Source of the DNA: Lingula anatina
Taxonomy: Eukaryota; Animalia; Brachiopoda
DNA: 64,000 bases
Assembly: GCA_051362555.1 (NCBI GenBank)
Contig: CM120647.1
Coordinates: 2,232,001 to 2,296,000, forward strand
Direction of reading: 5' to 3'
The notes beneath the pieces were generated by a model that was given only the letters and a program-made list of their open reading frames with translations, searched no databases and was not told the origin of the DNA. This document shows, piece after piece, positions 1 through 14,300 of the stretch; position 1 is the first letter of the stretch, and each line of letters opens with the position of its first letter. The position numbers and the translations under genes are program-made.

Positions 1-289
1 CGTAGTTATACTATACTTGGAAACTTCGGGGATTTTTGAACATTTTGATTATTGTTTTTCATGCTATCAGGAGATATAGCTAATATAGATTAAGCGTAGC
101 CTGAAGTTATTTATCTTGTGAGCAATGTTTTTTTTTTTTCAGTTATTCCTTTGTTCAGTTACAACTAATGACAAATTGGAAAAATAACATTGAATGATTT
201 TATTGACTTATCTGGATTTTTAATTTCACGATTGCGAGCACATTCATCTCTTTGAACTCATTAAATTTGTCATTTAAATAAAAGGCAGA

Positions 290-659
290 CAATGCTCGTT
301 AGACCCTATGTAGAAAAAAAAACTAGAACAATCAGCAGTACTTTTGTTTTCCTCCAAGTATACCCTCATCTAAAAGCGTTGAGAAAACTACGATATTTTT
401 AAGTTTAAAAGTTTAAAAAGCAACAGCCTGGATTATATAATATAAACAACCCTGTTTTCGAGTTTTGCACTTTACATTTTCTCGTCACGAGTGAAATTCT
501 CCAGTGTCTGTCTTCATTGCGATGGGACCCTCAGAACCCAAAACACGGTGCATGGATTGTAATTCCATGGTGACTAAGATTCCAGTACCTTCCTGATTAA
601 GGGTGATGGCATTTTTAGGAAAATTCAACGTTTGCTACATAAGGGTCTAACGCTCACTG
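290..659. mobile_element. MITE-like element with imperfect TIRs
   Basis: caatgctcgttagaccctatgtag ... ctacataagggtctaacgctcactg form an inverted pair. Confidence 0.55.
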
Positions 660-2159
660 TGTTGTACTTTTCGGTTGTTTTACTTTAGATGCTCGGATAA
701 GAAATAAGCACAGGTTTTGTTATTGATCAATGTCATTTTAAGACAACGATAAATTTCTTTCTGAAGTGATGTGAATATAGAGCTGACAAATTCAAGTCTT
801 CATCAGCAAATAAATCGTGAGCTTGAAAATCTGCTTTGATGGGTGTAAGATATGCATAAAATTTTTAAAAAACTTTGTTTTTTTATGTTTGTTTTACAGT
901 ATCTATCTTAATTTGTTCATCAGAATTTGAAACTGAATAATTAAGGTGATTGTTATTTATTTAGCATTTTCTGAAGTATATGTTCGTAGAATGTACATTG
1001 TGAAACTTTTTATAGTAAAATACTTGTATAACTGGCATAAGTCCGGATTCAGCATAAATGTGAAGGGCCATTCATTTCACTGAAATTTGTTTATTTTCCA
1101 AAATCTTTGAAATGATTCTTGCCAAAAACTCGCATTTTCTTGCCATCTTTGTGCAGAAATGTTTATTTGCTCGCATGTGAACATTAGTCGTTTAGAAAGT
1201 CGCAAATCATTTGTTACATGATTTTTCATATTGAGAATCGATGTAGCTAGTATAACTTATTCATTGCTTTGTCTCTCGGCAATTGCCTAGATTTGATAAC
1301 TGTTCAAGTTGTATTTCTTTATATAATGTTTCATGTAACATGTATTTGTGGTATTTTATATTCCCCATTCTTATGTGTCATTTGTTGTTCATTTGATTAT
1401 GTAAAATGCTGGCTAGACGTTGAAAATTGTTTTAGAAATGACTTTCGACAATTTTGGCGAAACCAACGTGTGAAGTAATAGCGTGCAGCTTTTCCCTTCC
1501 CAACAATTACCATCACCTTCCACTGTCGCATTATAGTTAACGAATTTTTCCATTATGGCTGTAAAGAGCGAAAACAGTGTCGGATCTGGGACATTTCAAT
1601 GAGGCAAAATTCTGAAATTCTGGGCAATTTGTGGTGTTTTGGAAGTTGATTATCCTAGTTCATATTTCTTTTTCGTTCATTTCTCTTGTGGTGGTGGTGG
1701 TGGGAAGGATAAAAGCCCAGCGCTGTTTTATTAAATGAGAAACTGTAATATTCCTTTGCTGAAATATGTTGAAATATGATCAAATATAATTCAAATACTA
1801 GCTGTTAAGTTGATTTATTCGCCAAATCTAATAAAAAGAAAGATTGAAATAGTTACAATTTTGCGTAAGTCCTGATAAATTACTTTTTTTCTATATTGTT
1901 ATATTCCAACATTCAAACTTTCAAATATTTTGAATGAATGTATACATTAATTGGAATTTGGTTTGTCTTAATAAATAATTTTCCAAAGATGCAAAATGTC
2001 GTCGAATTTTCTTTGACTCAGTGGTACCCCTCGGGTTTGGGTTCGTTTCCTGGTTCGGGTACTTGGAAATCATTGAATACTTTTCAAATGGGCTTAACAA
2101 AAATTTCCCTTTTGTTACTATAAGAGGAAAGTCTTCCCGGGGAGGGTGGGTGGGAACAG

Positions 2160-2395
2160 TTAGAGGAGTAGGTAACGTGCTTGTCTCAGAGTCAGCAAGT
2201 CCCAAGTTCAAAACCTGGCGCTTCTGGGTCCCAGCAAATTACCTTTTGCAAAAAAAAAATTCAAATAAGCAATGGGAATCATTGCAAGAGGGGCAAAGGA
2301 ATTAGAAAACGTAAGCCGAGTCAGTAGCTCAGTAGGTAAGGTGGTGTACCAAAGACAACGGACTCACAAACAAGGAGCCCAAGGTTCGCGCCGAG
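2160..2395 (+). repeat. Two degenerate tRNA-like (SINE-head) sequences
   Basis: A-box/B-box-like pairs: tagaggagtagg...agttcaaaacc (2161-2216) and tagctcagtagg...ggttcgcgcc (2324-2392); no complete cloverleaf. Confidence 0.4.
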
Positions 2396-3300
2396 CAGAA
2401 GAACACAATATTTTTTTCTATATTTAAAACAAAATATTGAATACAATTTTATTATTTCTCAACCAAATACAAGCAAATACATCATAAAAGTCAATAAAAA
2501 CTGAAAAATAAAATTCTGCCTTGGACAAATAAGTTTCCATAACAGCATCGCATTCCACAATATAAATAAAGATGGAATACCAAAAAAAGCACCTCTATAT
2601 CCAACTAACACGTGGCGGAAATTTCTATGCATGTTGAAAGCGCTGCTCAAACAACTAATCTTCTCGATTACGAAAAAATTCTGGACTTAACAGTAGCTAA
2701 AACGGAAGATTTACCGACTTCAGACCAGAATTGATAAACAATTGGGAATATTGGTGAAATCATACTTTGTAACTATTGTTCAGAGCTTACCTTTTCTCAT
2801 AATTGATTCATTGCAAATTCCATTGAGAAATAATCTAAATTCAGTGGTGTGAACTATCAATATTTCAAAATGCATATAATCTCATGCACGCCTTTCCCCC
2901 GCACACAAGAACACACAAACCTTGTTTTATGCCGTCGTGCCGATTCACAAAAGGTAGTCAAAATAATTCAGTTTTTGTAAGATACGTGGTTGTCATTCTC
3001 ATCGATAAATGTTTTCTTAGATCATATGGTTTTCTAGTCATTAAATCTCAGTAAAGGTACTTGATGGCACAATTTTGATTGAAAATTTTAATTTGAACAG
3101 CATGCGAATCAGACTCGGCATAAAGACATGGTCGGTAAACAAAATTTACCAGTAATAGTCGTCTTTCAAAATAATTTGCAAACAAAACTGAAAAGTTTAC
3201 TCATAAATCAATTACAGAAAATCAAGCAACTTAATCCAGAAATGCTAATATCCTCACACACACACACACACACAGCTGAAATACCCCAACAGGACTTGCA

Positions 3301-3794
3301 GGACTGGCATCTAATCAGACATTTTCCTCTCAATCAGACCTTGAAATATTAACAAACAATGTACTAATTTTAAGACCAATATAAAACTACGGGTTTCGGT
3401 TAAAGTTTTGATTTCAAGGTTTTTATACCATTCAAAATGTTGCTATTATGTTTTTTGATAGAAAACGATTTTTTGTATTTCTGAGGAACAAAATGCTACT
3501 AAGTTTTTTGTTGATAATTTGATATATTCCCTAATAAATGATAAAAATTGTTAAATTATCTAAACATTGAGCCAAATAAGGAATGTATATGATTTTTCTA
3601 AAATTTTCCTGTAAATTTTCTAATTAATCTAATTTATTAACCAAACCTGACATAAAAAAACTATACTGAATAATTTGGAGACAGTTATTTCGCCAATGAA
3701 ATTAAGCATTTGATGACAGCTGAGGTAATCAATTTGAATTTGATAAGAATTTTTGGGCGCTTAAAATGTACAAGGTTCTGATTAATGCCAGTCC
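3301..3794. mobile_element. MITE-like element
   Basis: ggactggcatctaatcaga ... tctgattaatgccagtcc inverted termini; no TSD seen. Confidence 0.5.
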
Positions 3795-6700
3795 AACATA
3801 AATGTTGTAATGGTCAAAATATGCTGAAATACATCACTTTCTATAAGGACTTTTTCTTGATAAACATTTATCTCTGCATCATGATGAACAACACATAAAT
3901 GAGCTCAATGTTGGGACATTTTGGTGGCCCAAGGAGCAGCAATTCTTTGCCATGCACGCAACATATATTTTCTTACTGAAACAGCAAATGCACATTTTTA
4001 AAAATCACCCCCAAGTTTCTTTTCCCTAAAAATACCATTTTGCCACCCAACACTGAAAATATAGGCCAAAGAAATTTAGCTCTAAGCATGCATGACGTCA
4101 TTTTTTTATTTTAGAACGACTGTTACACTACACTCGGGCAACTCTGCAATACTGCGGGCATATTTTGCCAGTTTCATACTGCTATAGTACTGAAGCATAA
4201 TGATCTGAATTTTATGTTTTCATGTTATCGTGAACATTTATTTCACTCTTTTCTTAAATTAACAAAAAATATACGCATCTTGAAAAGTTTCCTATATGCA
4301 TTTTACGCACTAGTGTTTCGACTGTTTACCTTCCCAAAATGTCATTTCTTTAAAATTTTTAATTAAAATAATTGAATTCAAGATAAAAGAAATAATTGAA
4401 CCGCACAGCGTAGTGCACTATTGAAGATTTGCCCACAGATATTTTTCTGCCAATAAAAAGTGTACAAGTACAGTACTTTACATGACCATCACCTAAGGAC
4501 AACTTTATAACTATCGCCTCATCAATATTGTTTTCATACACTTCAGCAAGGCATTGTCTGCATTGACATCATTAAATAAGAACGTCGTCTTCGAGTACCA
4601 GAATTGATGGGTAGCCTACACAAGCGTATAAACAAATTACCAGTATAAAACCACCATAGGTGGATAGATTACTGTACGACTTGGTAGCTAATAAACAAAT
4701 TATTCGCTGTACGAGCGATTTTTCATTTGATACCTATTTTGATGCAAATAAGCTTATCCCAAACATTACACTTTACATTAAATGTCAACCCTGTATATCA
4801 ACCAGAGGACAAACTTCGGCCAGCGGGACGATCTTGACATGGGCGTGGCCGATGTTCAACATGAATCTGATGTCTTTGATGGAGGACGCATCTAGTCACC
4901 CCGTAAACGGCTGTGAAGAGTCGCTGAAATTAAAGAAAGAAATCTAAATTAACAAAACGAACATTTTTATTCGATTTTGATAAAGCAATATGTACCATCA
5001 CAGCAACCTATCGCGGTATGCGTGGCTAACATTAACAAATTACTGTTCAACTTTAAAACCACACTAATATATTTATTAAATCAACATGGCCTCTGCTACC
5101 ACGAACTTTATAACGGTATCACTTCCTTCCTTTTATATCCATTACACACTTAAAACGATACAGGGGCTAGGATACAGGAGATACAGGTGTCTTCACGGAG
5201 ATAGATCACGGAAGTGAAAGTCAATAAATGAAAACATTTGACAGTAGAGTAGAGCCCAGTTTACATAAACTTTTCTGGAACTAATAAATTGGCAAAACCT
5301 TTTTTTATTGGGGGGGGGGGTGTTCTAGGATGAAAACAGTTGTCTTGTTTCGCTCACAAAATACAAAAGTCTACACGCAGGCAATTTTATTCTTATTTCT
5401 CTACGCCATTAACGTCGAACTGGACTGGTTTCGTCTGGTTTCTTTTATGTACTGTTTTATATAGAAATATAGTTTGTTTAAAGTTTACTCTAATAAATAT
5501 GTTATTTTGGATATTTTAAAACAAAATCCCTGTTCTAAACAATAAAACAGCGTCCACAAGGAAAATGTAGTTACCTGTCCAGTTACCTTATTGGTTAAGG
5601 CTGTTTAAGACGGAAGGCTCTTTGTTAAGACCTTTCTGGCGTTTAGTTGATATAAGCCCCTTACTTCTTTATTGGCAAATGTGTTCCCCCTGGAAAATAA
5701 CAGAAAATGAATTATTCAGATTACAAGGTGATATTCGGATTTTTAATGTATATTGTTATCGTTAGTAAAAGGTCTCTGTGGAAATAAATATCTACAGAAT
5801 TCATCATTTAGAGAAAATATCGTGAACGCGGAAAAAGCAACGTTCTCTTACATATCTATACCGTACCGGGTCGCTGCAGTTGACAGTATCAAATTCTCGG
5901 TCTTGTAGCAATATGGCGTGAGGCTTCTATCTTCCCCACCCTCTACTGACCTTGGACCTATGTGAATACATCTCACCAAATGCTGATTTACATAATAATA
6001 TCAAGGTCACCTGATTTCGCAATTTTCGATTTGAAATTATTAAGATTTGATGGAGTGCAATGGATCTCAAACCCGAAATAGTGTTTTTTAGCAAAAACAA
6101 TAACACTATACTTGATATCAAGTGATCAGGATGAGCTATCAGATTTCATTGGTCACATGAATGAATCCAAGAAAAAAATCACTGGTTTGAGATTGTGTTA
6201 GAGAAGACAAGGTGTGTGTGTGTGTGTGTGTACTTTATAAAGGCTACACATAGTATAGTGTTAGGAAAAATTAGTGACATCGTGAGCACAGCTCAGTTAA
6301 CTTCAGCTGCCACCTTCAGGAATGACGAAACAGATGTGCTCTCGAAAAAATTACAGTTAAAAACCAAAACGCATCGCTTATCAAGTGTCCGCGAATGTCA
6401 GCCAGTTATAAAATATCCCCCTGTTTACCAACCGTTGTTGTAGTTATAAGCATTGGTGGTAGGCAAATTAAACTGGGGCATAAGCCGGCAAATACGTCAC
6501 TCTATTTTTCCCATTTCGTTGACAGTGATCAGTTAAACACATTCATTTCATCAAGAAGTCGCCTTTAATGTAAATCCCTGTTTCATTCTGAGGTTGTATA
6601 TAATGACCAGTGGGCAAGCTGAAGGTGCACGCAGACAACCGACCCGCTAGAATGGTAGACAACACAATGATGTTGGGACGGGACAGACGACAGCAAATAT

Positions 6701-7425
6701 AATAACATATGACAAGTTGTTTTTAGTAGTTTCCAAATTAAATTCCAGGATAGGATCCAGAGATAATTTCTGACAGTCTTCCGAATTATCTTTGTTGATC
6801 TATTCTCCATTTTTGACCATCTTCCGACAGAGAAAAAGTTAGAAAAATTATACCCGTCAATGTAAACTTCAAAATCTGACCGTCTTTCGGAAGACACAGA
6901 AGACGGCCTCAATGCGCCCCTGAATTCATTAACTTATTCTTCAATTATGTAGACTGACATTCCAGCTATGATAAGCACTAGTAGATGAGAAGAAACAGTG
7001 AAATTGCGTGGATAGTTAAAACCCCTTAACAATACTTAATAATGATTAAAAATAACTTTACGATACCTACAGTTTCCAGTGATCAGTAGCTTCTCACAAC
7101 ATTACAATTTCTATGATCAGAACCGGTTTTTTTATTATTTTATTTTGATAGATTATTTTTAGTTATTGAGTGTGTAAATAATTACATTTATATATTCTTT
7201 TTTCCTTCATGCATTATTTGAGTGGCTTATTACCATTATGTTCATTTTAGTTGTGACTGTTTTTACTCTTTTCAAAATTTCTTTCTTTCTTTCTTTCTAT
7301 AGTTTGTATGTACCGACATACACATTATTTATATTTTTCGTTTTTTCTTCTAAGGAGAGTTTATAATGCTATGTGCGATTTGCCCCCTTTCTTTCTCTAA
7401 AATAAACCTTGTTTAAAATAAGCTT

Positions 7426-7482
7426 CTTCTTCCTGGCCCATTTCCATCAATTCTGTGGTAAGACTGACGACCATGTTCAGAC
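7426..7482 (-). other. Dispersed 57-58 bp motif, diverged copy F
   Basis: Reverse strand gtctgaacatggtcgtcagtcttaccacagaattgatggaaatgggccag aligns without gaps to copy B. Confidence 0.55.
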
Positions 7483-7810
7483 TGGATATGCTTTAAGATT
7501 TGACAGCTTCGGTCGTTTATTGTTAGAATAAGAAGTACTTATTGTTTAGTATTGGATAATAAGTTACAAGTCCTCGTAACGACATATGATCGAGCGTGTA
7601 TATCGCAATTTAGATTCCGTTGAGTAGAGTTTTTAGTCTATAATTTTAGAAATGAACAAACATGCCAGCTTTTAGAAATGACATTACAAGGCAAACTATG
7701 CTTAGTAAATATATATCATATAAATACCGAGCCTCGTGGTAATATGCAGGAATAGCAATTCCCGAGAAAAAAATACTTGCGACGAAATAAAAATAGCAGG
7801 CCTATAACTC

Positions 7811-8127
7811 CAGGCCTACCCAACTACCAGACTCGGCACCGAATGATCCTGAATTCACCGGTAGATCGGACCACACTACCCGTTTTCAAGGTGTGCGTCA
7901 GTACGCGCTTCGAAGTATCAGACGAGACACCGCTCTTGCCTAGTACGCGATATGATAGTGATGATTCTCAACGGGGTTGGAAAGTATTGCATCACCACTC
8001 AAAATTTGTTTGGGGTATGATACTGTGAAATGCGTACTGACACACACCTTGAAAACGGGTAGTGTGGGCCGATATACCTGTGAATTCGGGATCATTCGGT
8101 GCCGAGTCTGGTAGTTGGGTAGGACTG
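7811..8127. mobile_element. MITE with ~95-bp TIRs and a 5-bp TSD (AACTC)
   Basis: caggcctacccaactaccagactcggcaccgaatgatc... and its near-perfect reverse complement ending ...ggtagttgggtaggactg; aactc on both sides. Confidence 0.9.
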
Positions 8128-9590
8128 AACTCGCGCGTGGAAGTACTGATAACTATTTATCAATAGAAGTATTGGCAAGTGCAACCTCCCATCACACAAT
8201 CCCAGCAGCTGAGTTGCTAACTGGTTTACATGTGTTTAAATGAAAAAGAAAAAAAGCATTTCTCCTTCTCCCACTTACTCCAATATAATTCTGGGAATAA
8301 TGTGTTTTCTTTTGGCGTATTCACTGTCCTACGCCTTTAGTTAATTGTCATTGTAATAAAACAGTACTATTATTTATTCACCGATTGATTTATTTGTTGA
8401 TTTATGTTTTTATTTTTAATGGTATCTTATATTTAATGATATCTTGTACAGTTTCTTCTTTCTGTTTCCCAACCTGTACATGTTAGTACGTCCTTTTTAA
8501 TTTGTACATAACTGTTTCTTACTCTACCCTGCGCATGCACATGTAGTACGCACAGAGAATTAAAAAGGTTGGGGACAGTTTAAGAGGATGTTGAAGCAGT
8601 CTTTTAACTTGAATTGCAAAGTGTTTCATTTGTATTTACACATTTTTCTGTATTGGTCGTTGTGATATAAATTGAAGCCTTTCACCTGGTTATTCAAGCT
8701 TGTATATGAGTAAAACACTTGTTTAAAATACTTATAATCACATCAATTGCACACACACATAAAAAATAAAATTAAATAAGCTGCTTAAGTTGATTGCAAT
8801 TTAACGAGAATCCCCTCAGAGATATATATATTGATTCACCGTTAGTACAATAGGGTCTTGAAACGGTCCCTTATAGTAAATTACAGATGGTAGAAATCAT
8901 CAGAGTGCAAGGATGGCTCCAATCAATTGATTTGTCCAAGGAATATTGTTTAATATTTCAGACTTTTAAAACCAATGGTTTCCTTCCCAAGCCCCCACTA
9001 TTCAGAAATTGAACACACACCCTCTCTCCCCCCCCCACCCCCCCCAACACACACATAAGTCTCTCATTGCTGTAAAATAAACAGTCAAAACCTGATCAAT
9101 TCTGCTAAACCCCCCATCTTTTAAAATGTGCTCATTCGAATCATATTATTTAACATAACATTCATGAGTCTGTTTTTCACCTACAGATAAAAATCTAGGT
9201 TATAAGAAAATACAGGTTCCCTTTGTCTCGGAGTTGCACGAGAGTCCTTTGTTTCCACCACATTGCATGGCTCATCTTCACAATGGTCTACTGCGCAAAA
9301 CTGAATTTTGTGGTTTTTCTAAACTGCCATTTTAATGGGCTTTACAGGTAAACAACTGGCTACCCACAATGCACTGGGCCAGAAAGCATTTAGACGCAAG
9401 CTATCGCATCATTATGGTACGTTACAATAATTACTGGGGAAGGGTAAACAAAATAAGACACAAACACTCCAATCCAAACCATCCAATTCTATTGCCATGT
9501 AAATATGTGATAAAAATTGACAGTCAAACAAAGCACCAAAAACAAAACACAACAACTTTCTCCATGATGTCATCACAAAGATTAAAAATT

Positions 9591-9798
9591 AACAGTTGCA
9601 ACTAAAGGACAACTAAAAATATTGCTGGCAAGAAATTTCAATTCTGGAATGTAGAGAGGCAACATATAATGCAATATAAATGTTATAAAATAACTATTAA
9701 TTCAACAGTTGCAACTTAAGCACAACTAAAAAATGTTCCTGGCAAGAAATTTCAATCCTGGAATGTAGAGAGGCAACATATAATGCAATATAAATGTT
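9591..9798 (+). repeat. Tandem duplication of ~113 bp downstream of the CRAL-TRIO stop codon (probable 3' UTR)
   Basis: aacagttgcaact...ggcaagaaatttcaat..tggaatgtagagaggcaacatataatgcaatataaatgtt occurs twice. Confidence 0.85.
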
Positions 9799-11155
9799 TT
9801 TTAATAACTGTTTGTAAGTTAACTGACTATATGGGGAGCAATCCTTCATTCAATAACATAAGCAGGCAAATGCTAAGTTGGCTCTACATACTTAGACATC
9901 TACAGGAGTATAGCCACAGTTTCTCAAAGGAAATTTGAACCCAAAATTTGGTCTTGACTTTTACACCAAAATTTGGCCTGCCTCAACCCAAGATAAATAG
10001 TCATCCACTTACTGAAGTACTGGTCTTAAACTATAGCCATTTTTGTTATATTAATACTGGGGCAATATTTCATTGACATGGGCCACTATTTATCTTGGAT
10101 TAAAGTGGACTAAAATTGTGATCTAAAATTTAATGTAAACTACCAGGCTTAAATTCTATCACAAAGCAGGCTCTAGACAACTTATGTGCACTGACTCTAA
10201 TCACAGCAATGCAGTATCACAGTATCATCTACCGTACATAAATAGGATAAATAGCAAAAGCTGCACATTCTGAGAGCCTTCTCTAATGAAATAAAGATTT
10301 TAACTAGTGAGGAATGCTCAGACAACAACTCATCATTGAAAAATAATATTATGCCATTAACAATACAAAAAGCAAGTTTGAAAATGTTTCCCCTTGTCAC
10401 AGAGCTGTTTTTATGCATAGAGGTAAATATTCAATAGAAAAAGCACAATGACACTGTGCAAAGTTTGGAGCAGTTTCACATATCACACCTGTACTTGTAG
10501 TTGTTCAGTATCAATAATACTAATGTATCAAATACATGGATGCTATAGAAAACAAATCAAAAAAATCATCTGCATATTCATTCATCACATGCAAGGCAAC
10601 ATGTAAGTCAATTCTAGTAAAAATATCACTCCAATGCATAATATATTGGCTATTCAGAAAGCAAAGCATCAGTCCGATTAGTTTTATCGACACATATCAT
10701 ATTCCTAAGTTTGTCCAGCAGTCACATGACCCATGTCACCCCCAGTGTGGGATTACAATGGCCTCACGAGCAGGAAAGGGCGTGTAATCTGTTTCTTAAA
10801 CTATTACAACTTAACCATTCTTCCCTCGATTACTTGGTGCAAATTTGTGCTTTCATATATGGTGTCACAGTTGTGCAATGTGGCTAAATTTTCTGTTCTG
10901 AAATTTCTGACATCAACTGCTACATCAGGACCTTCTAGTAGTCTTCCCTATCACAAGCTATACACTGTGTTCAAATGCGTAATTGAAATTAACTTGCTGG
11001 AATGTATTAAGTAACCACTATATTTGGTTTAAAAAAAACTGCTAACATTTCAGTACTTGTTTGATTGAAGAAAGAAAATGAACTCAGGAGACATCCAGGT
11101 TCACAGTTGCAATGGCTGGCTTCAAAACAGAGATGGTTGGAATCTTTGCCACCAT

Positions 11156-11305
11156 TTAATCCACATTTAACTTCTTAAACGTACCAGTGACACCACCGAT
11201 GGCATCAGCCTGGTTCTCCTCTTTAATAGGAACATACGACTCCAGCTCGTACTTGGCCATTTCCTTGAACTGCTCCTCTGATGCATACATCTTCTCAGTC
11301 CATGC
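11156..11305 (-). CDS. CRAL-TRIO gene last coding exon (AWTEKMYASEEQFKEM...GGVTGTFKKLNVD*)
   Basis: cttccag| acceptor, TAA at 11158-11156, family-typical C-terminus. Confidence 0.92.
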   Translation of the reverse strand, partial: AWTEKMYASEEQFKEMAKYELESYVPIKEENQADAIGGVTGTFKKLNVD

Positions 11306-14300
11306 CTGGAAGGGAAGGCTTTACATTTACAAAATAAGAATAATTTTCAAAAAAGGAAGAAAAAACTGAGTGTGGAAGTATAATATGTAAGACTGTAAGC
11401 ACATGCTATTTTACTACATACTGTACATGTATATTATTACAAACTAGAGAGTAGTGGTTACTCAGCAGATACCGACTGTCTCCAGAAATATCCACTTAGA
11501 CTGAGTTACCATGCCTAGATTGATTCATCTGGATCTGTCTATCTCCCTGGGGAGTCTCACTAAATTGCTATCAGCTTATCTGGCTTAAATGTCTGTCACG
11601 CCTACCTAATCAGCTAGGGTAAAGATAATTACCCCTTAACAGCTTTACTAGGGGTGACAGACATTTAAGCCAGTTAAGATGATAGCAATTCAGTGAGACT
11701 CCCCAGTAGGGAGATAGATCGATCCAAATATCTGTGGGAATGGTCCCTAAACCAACACCAGCGTGTACCTTGTGATTGAACGGTGGCTGATCTCCGCCAT
11801 ATTCCTCAGGCATCAACTCTTTCGGGAAAACATCCAGCAGCTCTTCTTTCCTATCTCCATGGAAATTGACCTGAAATGATCCAAGTCCTATCATTGGCCA
11901 TGTTTAATAACCCCAAATCTACCTGTCACCAAACACACACAGCCCACCACAGGAGGGAAATGGAAATATGAGCAACACTCATTGACAGACACACAGAATG
12001 TGCATTGAAGACCTACAGTGTATAGTTCACGTGATCACGTGTCTAAAGTTTCCATCCTCATACCACTTGTAAAGACTTCTGTCGTTTTGAACAGAATGGA
12101 TGCAATGGCCCAGTATACACAAAGCAACTTTACCTCAAAAATAAATCTAAACTTTTATCCTAAGTCATATATCTGCTTGAGATCTAGGTCCAATCTGATA
12201 CAGTCGTATCGGACTGACATAAGTTCCGTGTTTCTTGTTTTGAAGCAAACACAATATTTCATTGAAGGGGCAATCCGCAGTATTCGTTTTGCATTACGGA
12301 CGGAATTTTGACACTTTAAAAATAAATTCTACAAAAACTATAAAAAGTACATTGTTCAAATTTGGCAGGAATATTGATAAGTGCAAGCCTAAACTTGTCA
12401 CCAAAGAACTTGAAATAACATCTATTGGTTTTTGAGAAATATTGGTTATTGATCACCATTACGGACGGAAAAAAATGGACAAGCATTTTTATTAATCAAC
12501 TTCAACTTCAAAACTCTGCTCTGTTTATGGCTTTTTAAAGATAAAACTGCATTGATATGACAATTTCATTATTCTAGTTACTAGAAATGTAAAAGTTTAT
12601 TTAAAATTTTTTTTTGTTGTTATAAAATTTTGAAGTTTAAAAAATCATGTCAGATTACGGACAGAAAATTACGGACGGAAAATTTGTCCACAGTGGAAAA
12701 CTTACACAGAAGCCATTAAAAAAGTACAATTAATCATTTATTCTTGGTAAAAGTTAACTATTTACTAAATACATACATAATAGGAAGTTATTTTTGATGA
12801 CAACTTAAATATTTTTGTTAGCTATTTCAAATTACAAAAATCAAGTACAGTCTACACTTTCAGGAATAAGAAATTCCTTGCGTTCTGATATTGTTATTGT
12901 TTAAAATTCTGTGTTCAATGCTCATTCAGAATAGCTACATTTTAAATCTTTTTTTTATTTTCATGCTAAAGTTTAAGGTTGTTTTTTTCTGACACATTTA
13001 GATCAATTGAGAATTTGTATCTCTGACGTTGGTCCATCACAGGGAATGGTACAAGTTTGATAATTTGGTCACTGGAAATCCATGCTCTGCCTTCTTGAGA
13101 AGGAAAGGCAAACAGTTTTTTTGGACTTGTCCTTCGCTGGGAGAAAAGTTACTTGCTTGGTTTATATACCTTTTTTAAGAATAAAGACATGATTACAAAA
13201 AGATGATCAAAAGTGGATTCTACTGATCAAGGTATGTTATGATCAAAGTGGATATCAAGGTGCTAATTAGGTGTGACCAGGTAAGTAACTGTTTATCTTT
13301 ACTGTTAATCTCTGAACCAGGATACAGGATAATTTCAGGTAAGTGGCACGGTGCCAGAACAAAGGCCTGGCCTCTAGTCAACTTTGATTAATTGTGGTCA
13401 GTAATTATCTTAACTGCTCATCTCCCAGGTATATGCAATGTGTATATGACAGGTAAGTGATCAAAAGCACATTTTATCTTCAAATTGCAATCAAAGTAAC
13501 TGAAACACATCCAGGAGAAACCCTGATCATAAGTGATCCTTAGGGTGCAATTCAAATGCCACTAATTGACAGGTGAGACAGATGTTGACACGTCTTGCCA
13601 GGTAAGAAAAAGCACTTTTTGACTTTAAATCCTGCATTTTTTTAATAACCTTTTTTTTTTAATAATTTTTCAAGGGAAACAGTTCTTCTTTAGTTTTAAA
13701 ATTCATAAATCAATTACTTGAGTATGCCACATGAAACCACTCAGTAGAAATGTTATAGCCAGGTAGCTGTGCCTTTCCGTCCGTAATGCTAATTTTCCGT
13801 CCGTAAAGATTTTTTATTATGAAATTAATTTGTCATCAAACATGTAAAAAAAGTTTTTTTTGGATATTTGGTAAACATAGGACTAGTATGAGGAGAATAT
13901 AAAAGGAAACTTTTTTTTGCCGAGTAGTCTTTTAAAAAACTTAAAAAATAGAACCCAAATCATTACGGATGGAAAAAATGACTTTGGATTAATGATTAAT
14001 TAACTATTTTTTAAAGATTTCACTTGATTTTTTATGTGTTTACCTCAAGGAATTGCTGTTATTTATGTCTCAATTGAAATATATTGATTAAAATTTATTT
14101 TGAGTGTCATATGCAAAAAATAAAAAATTCTGTCCGTAATGCTAATTTTCACATTTTTCAAGTTTAACGCGCTATAAAATCATGAATTCAAAAAATTCAG
14201 ACAAATCTTTTACAAATTTTTATCCCCTGAAGTCTCTACTTTCAGAATATGCAACTTTTGTTTGATTTTTATACATTTGAAAATTTTATGCCCAGGACAC

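Noticed and set aside
2160-2395. Functional tRNA genes
   Set aside because: A/B-box-like words only; no pairing acceptor stem or canonical anticodon arm.
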